64,000 nucleotides of DNA from Bacilli bacterium (GCA_900755065.1 CAAEFC010000022.1:17449-81448), one strand, 5' to 3'; counted from the first letter of the stretch, positions 1-9,391 are shown. A program made the numbers and translations. Notes: generated by a model not told the origin, from the sequence alone.

Positions 1-726
1 CTGATCGCCGCAGAGGCTCGTGATCGGAATCTGCACGTTTTGATCGATGACGCCGGTCGTACCGAAAAAAGACGAAGATGGACAGACTTCCGGCAGCATT
101 TTCGGCGGAATGGAAAACAACGCGCACAATTCTTCGTCCCATTTCAGATCGTGAATATTGTAAAGGAGTGTCCGGGAAGCATTGGAATAATCGGTTTTGA
201 ATTCCTTTCCCCCGGTCAATTTATAAAGGAGCCAAGTATCGACCGTGCCGCATAAAAGTTCCCCTTTTTCCGCGCGTTCCTGAGCGTTTTCGACATGATC
301 GAGAATGAAGCGGAACTTGCTCGCCGAAAAGTACGGATTCACGATCAAGCCGGTCTTTTCCCGTATCGTCTTTTCGTGCTTTTTGACTCCTGCGCAGATA
401 TCCTGCGTCTGTTTCGACTGCCACACGATGGCATTGTACACCGGAAGTCCGGTAATTCGGTCCCAGACGATCGCGGTTTCTCTCTGATTGGTGATGCCGA
501 TCGAAGCGATCTGCCCGGCTTTGACGTTCGTCTTGACGACCAGTTCGTGAATGACGTCCAGCGCGCTGACATAGATTTCCAGTGCGTCCTGTTCCACCCA
601 GGCCGCCTGAGGAAAGATGTTTTCAATCTCCCTCTGCGCTTTGGCGATCATTTTTCCGAAGCGGTCGAAGAGAATCGCCCGGGTCGAAGTCGTCCCCTGA
701 TCGATGACTAAAATATACGATTCCAT
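1..726 (-). CDS. glpK: glycerol kinase, N-terminal 242 codons (rest lies beyond the left edge)
   Basis: Not in the ORF track because it is open-ended. My translation from the ATG at 726 reads MESYILVIDQGTTSTRAILFD..GITNQRETAIVWD..YFSASKFRFIL..LCGDQ, typical FGGY/GlpK motifs. No stop occurs down to position 1. Confidence 0.85.
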   Translation of the reverse strand, partial: MESYILVIDQGTTSTRAILFDRFGKMIAKAQREIENIFPQAAWVEQDALEIYVSALDVIHELVVKTNVKAGQIASIGITNQRETAIVWDRITGLPVYNAIVWQSKQTQDICAGVKKHEKTIREKTGLIVNPYFSASKFRFILDHVENAQERAEKGELLCGTVDTWLLYKLTGGKEFKTDYSNASRTLLYNIHDLKWDEELCALFSIPPKMLPEVCPSSSFFGTTGVIDQNVQIPITSLCGDQ

Positions 727-764
727 AAAAATACTTCCTGTTCGTTTCTATTATAAAGGATTCC

Positions 765-792
765 GTAAGAAAAAGAAACCCGCAGGTTTCTT
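765..792 (-). terminator. rho-independent terminator after gltX
   Basis: Minus-strand hairpin AAGAAACC-tgcg-GGTTTCTT (773-792, overlapping the gltX stop) followed by a U-rich run. Confidence 0.5.
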
Positions 793-2458
793 ATCTTCGG
801 AGCAAATCGACGGAAAGAGCGATCCTTCTCTTGATTTCCGCCTCTTTCAGCACGTTGAGGATATAATACAGATTCGGCGATTGTCGGGATCCGGTCAGCG
901 CGATCCGCACCATTTCCGCGACGTCGTTGATCGAGCCGAGATAGGACGCCTTGTCCGCCTTGTAAATCTTGTTGGATTCGGCGAAACCGTGACGTACGCC
1001 CAATTGTTTGAGATTGGCGAACCACTCCTGCTCGGACACAAGATAATTCAGGGTGTCGGCGAAATCGTTCAGGACGTCGACGATGACCTTTCTGTCGATT
1101 GCCGCGTTGTAGATCAGCCCCCCGGCAAAGATTTCATCGAAATACTTCGGATAGAAAAATTTGACTTTTTCGAGAATATCTCCGCATTTTTCATAGTCTT
1201 TGCGAGGATTTTCCCGGTCTTTTTCGATGTTCATGATTTCCACGAAATACGCTTCGTCGGAAACGATCAGATCGTACAGTTCCGGATTGTACTTCGAGGC
1301 GTAATCCTTGACGAAATCCTTCGTGTCCGCGCCGCTTAAACGGCTCAGATACTCTTTGGAAAAGAATTTCAGTTTGTCGATGTCGAACAGCGCGCCGTCT
1401 AAACTCATCTTATCGAAAGAAAAGACGAAATCCTCCGTTCCCTTGTCGGGATGCGCGATCTGCCATTCCTCGTAATTGGAATTGGCGATCGTGAAGAGGT
1501 ATTGTTTCAGCGACTCGACCGGATAGCCGTCCTTCAAAAAATACGAGCAGGCCGCTTCGTTGTCCTTACGCTTCGACAGTTTTCTCTTGTTGCCGTTGTC
1601 CAATTTCATGATGACGGGAAGATGCGCGTATTTCGGCGCTTTCCAGTTCATCGCGTCGAAAAGTTCCAGATGCAGCGGAAGCGACGGAAGCCATTCCTCG
1701 CCCCGCGTCACGCAGGTCGTCCGCATCAGATGATCGTCGACCAGATGAGCGAAGTGATACGTCGGAAGTCCGTCCGATTTCAGAATCACGATGTCCTGAT
1801 CGTTCTGGCTGAGCCACAGGCGTCCGCGCACTTCGTCGTGCACTTCGACGCGGGCGTTGTGATTTCCCATCGACCGGAACCGGATCACATACGGCATTCC
1901 TTTTTGGATATTCTCGATCTGCTGTTCCAAAGTCAGATTCCGGCAGCGGGCATACCGCCCGTAATAACCCGGAACGATTTTGTTTTCCTCCTGACTCTTT
2001 CTCAGCGCGTCCAGATCCTCGCAGGAACAAAAGCACGGATAAGCCCGATTTCGCCGGATCAGTTCCTTGATGACGACCTTGTAAATGTCGCCTCTTTTCG
2101 ACTGCTGATACGGGCCGTAATTCCCTTTTTCCGAATCTCCGAGATACCCTTCGTCGGGCGTCACACCGAACACTTTCAGTTGTTCGATCAGATCTTTTCC
2201 CGATCCCTCGATCTCCCGCTTGGTGTCCGTGTCTTCCAGACGAATGAAGAACACGCCTTTCGACTGCTCGGCCACTTTCCGGGCCACCAAAGAGGTGAAT
2301 AAACTTCCCGTATGGAGAAAACCGGTCGGCGAGGGGGCGAAACGGGTAACTTCTGCGCCGGCGGGCAAATCCCTTTCCGGATATTTTCTTTCCAGATCGT
2401 CGATCGTCAGATCGATGTCCGGAAAAATCAAATTGGCTAAATCTTCTGTCGTATACAT
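791..2458 (-). CDS. gltX: glutamate--tRNA ligase family (divergent, 555 aa)
   Basis: Class I aaRS signature RFAPSPTGFLHTGS (HIGH region), IRLEDTD, and KLSKR (KMSKS equivalent). Confidence 0.75.
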   Translation of the reverse strand: MYTTEDLANLIFPDIDLTIDDLERKYPERDLPAGAEVTRFAPSPTGFLHTGSLFTSLVARKVAEQSKGVFFIRLEDTDTKREIEGSGKDLIEQLKVFGVTPDEGYLGDSEKGNYGPYQQSKRGDIYKVVIKELIRRNRAYPCFCSCEDLDALRKSQEENKIVPGYYGRYARCRNLTLEQQIENIQKGMPYVIRFRSMGNHNARVEVHDEVRGRLWLSQNDQDIVILKSDGLPTYHFAHLVDDHLMRTTCVTRGEEWLPSLPLHLELFDAMNWKAPKYAHLPVIMKLDNGNKRKLSKRKDNEAACSYFLKDGYPVESLKQYLFTIANSNYEEWQIAHPDKGTEDFVFSFDKMSLDGALFDIDKLKFFSKEYLSRLSGADTKDFVKDYASKYNPELYDLIVSDEAYFVEIMNIEKDRENPRKDYEKCGDILEKVKFFYPKYFDEIFAGGLIYNAAIDRKVIVDVLNDFADTLNYLVSEQEWFANLKQLGVRHGFAESNKIYKADKASYLGSINDVAEMVRIALTGSRQSPNLYYILNVLKEAEIKRRIALSVDLLRR

Positions 2459-2473
2459 GCGCTTTCCCTCCTT

Positions 2474-3529
2474 TTAGCGGCGCGGCTGAATAAAGAATCT
2501 TCCGACGACCTGCTCGACTTTGGTAATCTCGATAAAGGCGTTCGGATCGATTTCCTGAATGATTTTAATGGCTTTCTTGACCTCGATGATCGACAGGACG
2601 ATGTAGATCACCAGTTTGTCCTGCTTGGTGTACGCGCCTTTCCCGTTGACGATCGTGCAACTGTGCGGAAAGTAATTGATCAGCACGTCCGGCAATTGCG
2701 GGTTGGACGTGATGATCTGCAACTGGTTCTTCTTGTCCCGCGAACTGAGAACGTCGAGAATGGTCGAAGAGGTGAAGAGATAGACGCAACTGTACAGAGC
2801 CATCGTCGTGCTGGACAGGTCGCCTCCCTCGTTGATGATGGAAAGAACCGTGTAACCGATGACGATCAGGGCGTTGATGATCATCGAAATCTTTCCGATC
2901 GAAATGTGGTTTCTCTTGCCGTTGAAGTAGACGGAAATCGCGTCGATTCCGCCGGCGGAATGCTCGAATTTGAATGCGAGCGTGTTGGAAACGCCGGTGC
3001 AGATTCCCGCGAAAATGGCCCGTGCGAGAAAATCGTTTTTGAATTCGTATTTGGTCGAAATGTAGAACATATTGGTGATGTCCGACGGCAGAAGGTTGAC
3101 GATGACGAAGTAAAAAGCGACGTTGATCAGGGTGAACACGGCAAACTTCTTTCCGATCTTCCGGTAAGCCAGAATGAAAATCGGCACGTTGACCAGCACA
3201 TAGGCTGCCGATTGAATGATGTAATTCCAGTAGTAATGGCCGAACGGCGCCATCGAATTGATCGGAAAACCGAATAAATCGAATAACTTGACGAAAATCT
3301 GCGCCAATCCGGCGGCACCGCCGGTGATCAACGTTCCGACCTCTTCGCCGTCGATGATCGGGTCGATGAAAGCCTTATAGCCGAAAGCGAACACCAAAGC
3401 GGAAAGAATGGCTCCGAACACCGTGAACAGGTATTCGAGAACAGTGCGGAGAGTGGGGTGATCGTAGAAAAAATCACTGCACTTTTTCCTGATTTTTTTG
3501 AAAGTTTTCATAGCCACCTCATAAAACAT
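2474..3529 (-). CDS. YitT-family membrane protein with C-terminal DUF2179 domain
   Basis: Multi-pass hydrophobic N-terminal part plus a C-terminal KLVIYIVLS..EVKKAIKIIQEIDPNAFIEI..V.GRF module typical of YitT/DUF2179. An alternative start at M7 has the SD sequence GAGGTGG. Confidence 0.75.
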   Translation of the reverse strand: MFYEVAMKTFKKIRKKCSDFFYDHPTLRTVLEYLFTVFGAILSALVFAFGYKAFIDPIIDGEEVGTLITGGAAGLAQIFVKLFDLFGFPINSMAPFGHYYWNYIIQSAAYVLVNVPIFILAYRKIGKKFAVFTLINVAFYFVIVNLLPSDITNMFYISTKYEFKNDFLARAIFAGICTGVSNTLAFKFEHSAGGIDAISVYFNGKRNHISIGKISMIINALIVIGYTVLSIINEGGDLSSTTMALYSCVYLFTSSTILDVLSSRDKKNQLQIITSNPQLPDVLINYFPHSCTIVNGKGAYTKQDKLVIYIVLSIIEVKKAIKIIQEIDPNAFIEITKVEQVVGRFFIQPRR

Positions 3530-3728
3530 TTCTATTTTAGCACTTCACTGCGATTTTTCTATAAAAAAATGTCTTTTCTTCTCAATTTCAAAAGAAAAAA
3601 CAGCGTCGGGAAGAAAAAAATCGTCATTTAAAAAAAAGAAATTAAGTTGTTGAAATGAAAATTATATAATGGTATCATTATAAAGCGTATATCGAGGGAT
3701 ACAAAAACACTGTATCAGGAGGTAATCC

Positions 3729-4529
3729 ATGGATAAATTTTTTAAAGCGATCGGAAGATTTTTCAAGAGAATATGGGATTGGATCAAGACCACCGGGTGG
3801 ATTCAGCCGGTTTTGATCGTCGTCATCGTTTTCGCGGTGATTTTCTCGTTCTCCTCCTCTTCGCCTCTGATGAAATGGATCAGAGGATTGTCGAATTCGG
3901 ACACGACGGGCGATTTTTACGATGCGCATAAAAGCGTTTCGTTTTCGGATCTGTACGCCGACATTTATTCCAGCATTCCGAAATACGGATGCGAGGAAGG
4001 CAAAAAACCGGACGGCAAGAGTTGCGGCACCGCTTTGAATTCGGACAAATACGACGGATACACCTATGTGCTGTTTATCCGTTCCGACTCCAACGAATCG
4101 ACGTTCAAGACTTTCTACTCCAACGTGCTGACTTCCGCAGAACAAAAGCACTTCTACGTCATCGACTTCCGCGAAGACGAAAACAAGGAATCCGAATACA
4201 ACCTGCTCAAAAAAGAATGGGAAGACGATTCGGGCGCGGTTTATTTCAACTATCTGCTCACGCATCTCTACGAATTCTACTCTTCCGACGCATACGAGAC
4301 GTTCAGCGACGCATTTTACGACAAATACGGCTATTACGCCAAGTACACCGATACGTGGGAGTTGACCACGACCTCGCCGTCGGAAGCCGTTAACGATTTA
4401 AAATTTCCGACGATCTGCAAGTACAAGGGAAGCGAACTGATCGATTTCCGCTTCTGCGACAGCATCACCTCCAATTACGGCGACAACAGCGCCGCGACGG
4501 TGCTCAGCAACTTCCATTCCGGACTTTAA
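3729..4529 (+). CDS. hypothetical N-terminally membrane-anchored protein
   Basis: Strong SD (AGGAGG) 7 nt before the ATG, one TM segment (WIQPVLIVVIVFAVIFSF), and a terminator directly downstream. No family recognised. Confidence 0.7.
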   Translation: MDKFFKAIGRFFKRIWDWIKTTGWIQPVLIVVIVFAVIFSFSSSSPLMKWIRGLSNSDTTGDFYDAHKSVSFSDLYADIYSSIPKYGCEEGKKPDGKSCGTALNSDKYDGYTYVLFIRSDSNESTFKTFYSNVLTSAEQKHFYVIDFREDENKESEYNLLKKEWEDDSGAVYFNYLLTHLYEFYSSDAYETFSDAFYDKYGYYAKYTDTWELTTTSPSEAVNDLKFPTICKYKGSELIDFRFCDSITSNYGDNSAATVLSNFHSGL

Positions 4530-4533
4530 AAAG

Positions 4534-4557
4534 TTCCCCCGACGGGGAATTTTTTTT
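4534..4557 (+). terminator. rho-independent terminator
   Basis: TTCCCC-cgac-GGGGAA hairpin followed by T8. Confidence 0.75.
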
Positions 4558-4570
4558 ATCGTTTTTCCAC

Positions 4571-4612
4571 AAAAAAAGCATTTAGATTTATTTGTAAAAC
4601 ATCTCTAAATGC
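4571..4612 (-). terminator. rho-independent terminator after the cotD-like gene
   Basis: 9-bp stem GCATTTAGA/TCTAAATGC (4578-4586 / 4604-4612). On the minus strand it is followed by U7 (A-run 4571-4577). Confidence 0.6.
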
Positions 4613-4621
4613 CCCTAGGAT

Positions 4622-4837
4622 TTATTGATCCTTTTTATTGTGGCAAACCGTTTCTTCCACTTGATTATACGTATAGTAATAGGTCGGACGCGGAATATAG
4701 TGATTGACGATTCTCGTCTGACAAGGAATGATCACCGGCTGTTCCACATAGTAATTCCGGTGGCATACTCGTTCGTTGACAGGCAGGACGATCGGATCAA
4801 ATTTACACGGACACGAACAATTAGATGGATTTTTCAT
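4622..4837 (-). CDS. CotD-like spore coat protein family (tentative)
   Basis: 71 aa, Cys/His/Pro/Tyr/Val-rich. The pattern VLPVNERVCHRNYYVEQPVIIPCQTRIVNHY resembles the CotD-family repeats V.P....V.H......P.I.P..T..VNH. SD is AGAGGT. Confidence 0.45.
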   Translation of the reverse strand: MKNPSNCSCPCKFDPIVLPVNERVCHRNYYVEQPVIIPCQTRIVNHYIPRPTYYYTYNQVEETVCHNKKDQ

Positions 4838-4864
4838 TGCAATTACCTCTCTACAAAGTAAGAT

Positions 4865-5761
4865 ATGCGAAAAGAATTCGGAAAACTAGGTAAAAGCCTA
4901 AATCGCGTTCGCATACCTTTAAATATGAAAAGATTGTACATCGTTCTTCTGTTCCTCTATCTCGTCTTTTTGTTCCTTTTCAACGAAAGAATCGTGCAAT
5001 CTCTTTCCGTCGTGAATACGCTGTACTTCTCCCGTTATTTGATCAGCCTCTTCCCTTTCATTCTGTTTACGAACCTGCTTCTGAAATCCGGATTCGTCTC
5101 CGATTTTCACCGGTGGTGCCGGAAGAAAAACGCCGATCTCGTCTTTGAAATCTTTTCCGCGTTTCTGATCGTTCTCATCGGCGTTCCGGGCAACATTCAG
5201 GTCATCGATTCGCTGAAAGCGACCGGGATCATCGACGAAAAGGGAAAGGAAAACCTGTTGCATTCTTTCGGGGGCATTTCATTTCCTTTCATCTATCTGG
5301 TTATTCTCAGAGATCACCCGTACCGAAAAGAAATCTTGTTTCTTTTTCTCGCGGCCGAGGCGCTTTATTACTGCATTTTTCGGGAAAAAAGTCCGAAAAA
5401 AAGAGAATTCACCTACTCAGAATATCCGATTTCCGTCATTCGCCGGACCGGCTATTCGCTGTTCGTCATTCTCTTTTCCCTGTTGAGTTTCACGTCGTTA
5501 GGTTTTCTCTTCGACTGGGTGAAAGAACCCTGCCGCTATGCAATAAACGGATTGATCGAATTTTCTTACAACGATATCCGCCTCAGCCAGATCGGAACCG
5601 GAACGAGTTCTCTCCTGCTGACTTTTCTTCTGTCTTTCACTTCTCTGTCTCTCATCGTGCAGATCAAATCGGTCGATCCGTCTTTCCGGATTTTCAAATA
5701 TGTCAAAGCCCGTCTCTGCATCGCCCTTTTCAGCGCGTCCTGTTTCTTTCTTTTGCTTTGA
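4865..5761 (+). CDS. polytopic membrane protein, YlbJ-like (sporulation integral membrane protein family), tentative
   Basis: Multiple TM segments. It lies convergent to coaD, as ylbJ does in B. subtilis, and its N-terminal region resembles YlbJ. The likely start is M21 at 4925. At 298 aa or less it is shorter than YlbJ (about 400 aa). Confidence 0.45.
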   Translation: MRKEFGKLGKSLNRVRIPLNMKRLYIVLLFLYLVFLFLFNERIVQSLSVVNTLYFSRYLISLFPFILFTNLLLKSGFVSDFHRWCRKKNADLVFEIFSAFLIVLIGVPGNIQVIDSLKATGIIDEKGKENLLHSFGGISFPFIYLVILRDHPYRKEILFLFLAAEALYYCIFREKSPKKREFTYSEYPISVIRRTGYSLFVILFSLLSFTSLGFLFDWVKEPCRYAINGLIEFSYNDIRLSQIGTGTSSLLLTFLLSFTSLSLIVQIKSVDPSFRIFKYVKARLCIALFSASCFFLLL

Positions 5762-6218
5762 AGGCTTCCACCACGACAGGCGGAACAAGCGAAGAAATGT
5801 CGACGCCCGAAAAGAAGAAATCCTTGACGTTGCTCGACGAAATGAAGCCTTTTCCCGTCGAAGACATCAGAAACACCATTTCGATTTCGGGATCGATGTA
5901 TTCGTTCGCGGCGGCCAACTGAAATTCAAATTCGAAGTCGGTTACCGCGCGGAGTCCGCGCACCACGGCCTGCGCGTTCAGTTCCCGCGCTTTTTTCATC
6001 ACCAGTCCCGAAGTGGAGGTGATTTCGACGTTCGGTAGTGACTCGGTGGCCTTTTTTAACATCGCGATTTTTTCTTCCAGCGTGAAATACGACGTCTTTT
6101 CCGGATTGACGGCCACGCAGACGTACAGGCGGTCGAACAGTTTCCCCGCCCGGGCAATGATATCGAGATGACCATTGGTAATCGGGTCGAAACTCCCCGG
6201 ATAAACAGCAGTTTTCAT
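5730..6218 (-). CDS. coaD: phosphopantetheine adenylyltransferase
   Basis: MKTAVYPGSFDPITNGHLDII motif. The true start is M114 of the 275-aa track ORF, with SD GGAGGT and an ATGA overlap with the rsmD stop. Confidence 0.9.
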   Translation of the reverse strand: MKTAVYPGSFDPITNGHLDIIARAGKLFDRLYVCVAVNPEKTSYFTLEEKIAMLKKATESLPNVEITSTSGLVMKKARELNAQAVVRGLRAVTDFEFEFQLAAANEYIDPEIEMVFLMSSTGKGFISSSNVKDFFFSGVDISSLVPPVVVEAFKAKERNRTR

Positions 6219-6754
6219 AATGACCTCCAATAGATTGAGATGTGAATTCTTCCGTATTTGTATGTCCGAAACCGGGAAAAATACGGGTCTTCTTCCCTTT
6301 CTTCTTCCGATTCCACCACCAGAATCGCCTCTTCCGAAAGGAGATTTCTTTCTTTCAGAAGTCCGATGCATTTCGGATAGATTTCCTTGTTTCGATACGG
6401 CGGATCGAGGAAGACCAGAGAAAACGGTTCCCGCTGTTCTTCCAGAAAACGGACAGCGTCCTTTTTTTCGATGCGGGTTTCTTCTTCGACTCCGAGTGCG
6501 CGGATATTCCGGGCGATCGTTTCCGTCGCCAGATAGTTGCTGTCCACAAAAACGCAACGGGCCGCGCCTCGGGACAGGCTTTCGATTCCCAACGCTCCCG
6601 AACCGGCAAAGAGATCGAGTACGTTTCGGTTCCGGATTTCTTCACCGATGGCCGACATCAGAGCCTCCCTGACCTTATCCATCGTCGGACGCGTGATCGT
6701 TTCTGGAGGATATTCGAGAAGCCGACGGCGGTATTTCCCTCCGACAATCCTCAT
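6215..6754 (-). CDS. rsmD: 16S rRNA (guanine966-N2)-methyltransferase
   Basis: RPT..KVREALMS, SAM-binding motif DLFAGSGALG, and the DPPY motif. Synteny with coaD. Confidence 0.85.
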   Translation of the reverse strand: MRIVGGKYRRRLLEYPPETITRPTMDKVREALMSAIGEEIRNRNVLDLFAGSGALGIESLSRGAARCVFVDSNYLATETIARNIRALGVEEETRIEKKDAVRFLEEQREPFSLVFLDPPYRNKEIYPKCIGLLKERNLLSEEAILVVESEEEREEDPYFSRFRTYKYGRIHISIYWRSL

Positions 6755-6870
6755 TTTTCATTCCACCCCGCTTTTTAGTATAGCCTTTTGCGAATCCTTT
6801 TTCCATATCCGCGCATCAGAAAAATGGGATTCGCTTTTCGATTTCTCCACAAAAAAAAGCAGGCGACTGC

Positions 6871-7230
6871 CTACTTTTTGCATTTTCCGCTTTGAATTTT
6901 CAACGGTCTCAGCAAATGGTATTCGAGATACCTCAATGGTTCGTTGACCGCCTGAAAGCAAGCGTAATACTCTCTGATCAACGGGTGATCGTCCAGTTTC
7001 CGTTTCGCTTCGTATAATTTTCCGGCACAAACCCGGCTCTCTTCGGCATCGGCGGAGAAATGATTCAGACAGGCGTTGTATTCGCTTTGGGCGATGGCAA
7101 ATTCGTTTGCCAATCGCAACACCGTCTCGTCGTTCTCCATCTCTTTTTCGATCTGATTCCATCGGATCACTTCTTCCCGACTCATCAGCACTTCTCTGAG
7201 ACGAACCATTTTTTCGTGCAGGTCTTCCAC
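6871..7230 (-). CDS. ylbF: YlbF/YmcA-family regulatory protein (RicF-like)
   Basis: 119-aa helical protein of the Com_YlbF type with C-terminal Cys residues. Its position upstream of rsmD-coaD matches B. subtilis ylbF. Confidence 0.6.
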   Translation of the reverse strand: MEDLHEKMVRLREVLMSREEVIRWNQIEKEMENDETVLRLANEFAIAQSEYNACLNHFSADAEESRVCAGKLYEAKRKLDDHPLIREYYACFQAVNEPLRYLEYHLLRPLKIQSGKCKK

Positions 7231-7440
7231 TTACATCAATTCCTTCGCTAAGGAGAGCATCATCGAAAGGTCTTCCAGTTTATCGACCAGACGCTTCCTA
7301 CGCTTTATTTTATACTCTTCGACGAAATTTTTCAAAGAAGAAGGATTAAACGTCAGTTCCTGATGCCATTGCGGGTTTTCTCTCAGATAAACGAAATAGT
7401 CCGGATCGCGGTCCAGAAGCAGAATGATGTCGCTCCGCAT
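7231..7440 (-). CDS. YlbE-like small protein
   Basis: 69 aa. YLRENPQWHQELTFNPSSLKNFVEE resembles the YlbE family (Y.R.NP.WY..L.R.P). It abuts the ylbF start. Confidence 0.5.
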   Translation of the reverse strand: MRSDIILLLDRDPDYFVYLRENPQWHQELTFNPSSLKNFVEEYKIKRRKRLVDKLEDLSMMLSLAKELM

Positions 7441-7441
7441 A

Positions 7442-7822
7442 TCAGTCGTCGTCCCGCGTGTACGGTTTGCTTCGTTTCCCCTGCGCGTTCCGATCGTCCT
7501 GCGTGGAGGTCAGTTCCCCGAGAATGCTGAGAACCTTCCGCATTCCGTTGAGTCCGTCGGCGATCTTGTCGATGTCGATGCCCGAAAGCATATCGAAAAG
7601 CCCGTTGATTCCCTTTTCCGATTCCTCGTCGCTTTTCCCGGCGCTTTCCGAAAAGGACGTTTTCTCCGGACTCTGAAACAATTCGTCCGATTCGCCATAG
7701 AGATCGTAATGTTCGTAAAGTTCCTGCCAGGTGGTTTCCTTGTTTCGGATCTTTTCTTTCAGGAACGGCTTATCGGCGACGAACTTCTTGAAATCGTCCA
7801 TTTTGCTCATACTTATCACCAC
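7442..7822 (-). CDS. YlbD-like (putative coat protein family)
   Basis: FKKFVADKPFLKEKIRNKETTWQELYEHYDLYGESDELF matches the YlbD N-terminal pattern, and synteny with ylbE/ylbF supports it. The start may be M5 (7810). Confidence 0.55.
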   Translation of the reverse strand: MVISMSKMDDFKKFVADKPFLKEKIRNKETTWQELYEHYDLYGESDELFQSPEKTSFSESAGKSDEESEKGINGLFDMLSGIDIDKIADGLNGMRKVLSILGELTSTQDDRNAQGKRSKPYTRDDD

Positions 7823-7924
7823 TATAAGATATGCGGAATTCCGGCAAGGTTAATCTCATTTATTCGTTTTTTTGTCCCCTCTGACTTTCTTTTTCATAAT
7901 ATAGGGTGTCAGGAGGTGCCTTAT

Positions 7925-8098
7925 ATGTATTACTATGGCCAAGGATACGGTTATCCACAGGGAGGCTGCGGTTGCTATCAACCTTCTTCGAATTCTTCTT
8001 GGGGAGGAATCTTCGCAGTCATTCTGGTTTTATTCATTCTGTTAGTCATCATCGGTTGCGGATGCGCGAATAACGGAACGGCGAACGGAGTTTTATAA
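7925..8098 (+). CDS. tiny Gly/Tyr/Cys-rich TM protein, YjcZ-like sporulation family
   Basis: Only the last 57 codons of the 224-aa track ORF look real: MYYYGQGYGYPQGGCGC....GGIFAVILVLFILLVIIGCGC. SD AGGAGG lies 8 nt upstream of the ATG at 7925. Confidence 0.6.
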   Translation: MYYYGQGYGYPQGGCGCYQPSSNSSWGGIFAVILVLFILLVIIGCGCANNGTANGVL

Positions 8099-8178
8099 TC
8101 GGCTTCTCAAAGTATTTGTGATCAATTGAATCACAAATACTTTTTTTGTTGTATAATGAAAATAAGGCGGTTAGAACT

Positions 8179-8739
8179 ATGAAGAAAAAAGACATCGACA
8201 TCTTTGCGAAAAGCATCGAAGAATACGTGACGAACGAAGACTTTCACAACTATATCGAAAAGGAAAACGAATGCATCATCAATCTGGATCTGACGGAAGG
8301 GGAAATCTATCAGAATTACTCCAATCAGTCTCTGCTCAACGGTGAGATTTTTGAATTTATCGAGAACACGTTCCGATACGTGGACAAAAGAAAGCAACTG
8401 GCGATCGCCATCCGCTTTCCCAAAAAGATGAAAGCAGAAGAACAGCGCAAAATCGTTCTGCTTCTGAAAGCCCATTACGCCCAAAAGGTCAGCGCGAGTC
8501 AGAAAAGCATACGGCGGAATAAAATCCTCGCCTGGATTCTTCTGATCATCGGTTCGTTGATCTTCATCGGATACGGTCTTCTGGACTATTGGGACATCAA
8601 CTTTCTTTTTATTGGCATCATGGAAATTTTCTCCTGGGTTTTCATTTGGGAATCGTGTTATTCGTTCTTCTTCACCAACAACGAAAAGCGCATGCAACTC
8701 ATGATGTACATCAAACTTTTTAACTCAATTTCGCAATAA
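8179..8739 (+). CDS. hypothetical protein with two C-terminal TM segments
   Basis: ORF 8146-8739. The probable start is M12 (MKKKDIDIF). No family recognised. Confidence 0.6.
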   Translation: MKKKDIDIFAKSIEEYVTNEDFHNYIEKENECIINLDLTEGEIYQNYSNQSLLNGEIFEFIENTFRYVDKRKQLAIAIRFPKKMKAEEQRKIVLLLKAHYAQKVSASQKSIRRNKILAWILLIIGSLIFIGYGLLDYWDINFLFIGIMEIFSWVFIWESCYSFFFTNNEKRMQLMMYIKLFNSISQ

Positions 8740-8780
8740 CAATTTATTTGGCCTGTCGTTTTTGCTAAACTATCGAATGG

Positions 8781-9332
8781 GTGAATACAATGCTGAAAAT
8801 CGTCAAAGATCGGGTCAAGTCGCTTCGCCGGAAATCCTCTCCGGTCGAGATGCCGTTAAGCGAAAAGGATCGCGCTTTGCTTCTGGAAATGGTGGATTAT
8901 TTAAAAAACTCGCAGGATAACGAATACTGTCAGAAGCACAAGATCCGAAGCGGGGTCGGTCTGGCCGCGCCGCAGGTAGGCGTCAACAAGCGGATGTTCG
9001 CGATCTATTATCAGAACGACGACGGAACGATCGTGCAATACGGTCTGGTCAATCCGAAAATCATTCAGAATTCGACGAGAAAAGCGGCGCTTCAAGGGGG
9101 CGAAGGCTGTCTTTCCGTCGATGAAGACCGGGTGGGGTACGTGTACCGGTATCAGAAGATCGTGATGACCGCGTTCGACGTTCTTCAAGGGAAGGACATC
9201 GTCATCACGGCGAAAGATTACGATGCCATCGTCCTGCAACACGAGTACGATCATCTGGACGGTATTCTCTATTACGATCGGATCGATCGGAAAGACCCGT
9301 ATAAGGTGGTTCCGAATTCCTGCCTGATTTAA
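8781..9332 (+). CDS. def: peptide deformylase
   Basis: The three deformylase motifs GVGLAAPQVG, EGCLS and HEYDH are present. GTG start. Confidence 0.9.
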   Translation: MNTMLKIVKDRVKSLRRKSSPVEMPLSEKDRALLLEMVDYLKNSQDNEYCQKHKIRSGVGLAAPQVGVNKRMFAIYYQNDDGTIVQYGLVNPKIIQNSTRKAALQGGEGCLSVDEDRVGYVYRYQKIVMTAFDVLQGKDIVITAKDYDAIVLQHEYDHLDGILYYDRIDRKDPYKVVPNSCLI

Positions 9333-9362
9333 AGGCGAATTTTCGTAATCGTTTTGAAATTC

Positions 9363-9391
9363 TTTACAAAAAATGAAAATATACTTATACT
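9363..9391 (+). promoter_or_regulatory. candidate sigma-A promoter for rnj
   Basis: TTTACA, 17-nt spacer, TATACT. Confidence 0.4.

Noticed and set aside
5730-6557. Long N-terminal extensions of track ORFs: coaD as 275 aa, TSCPD as 174 aa (26271-26795), 7424-8098 as 224 aa, and the metK, recA, galE, asnS, nth and cdaA extensions.
   Set aside because: The extensions overlap upstream genes and are Arg/Gly/Ser-rich nonsense. Internal Met codons with proper SD sequences coincide with the start of family homology.
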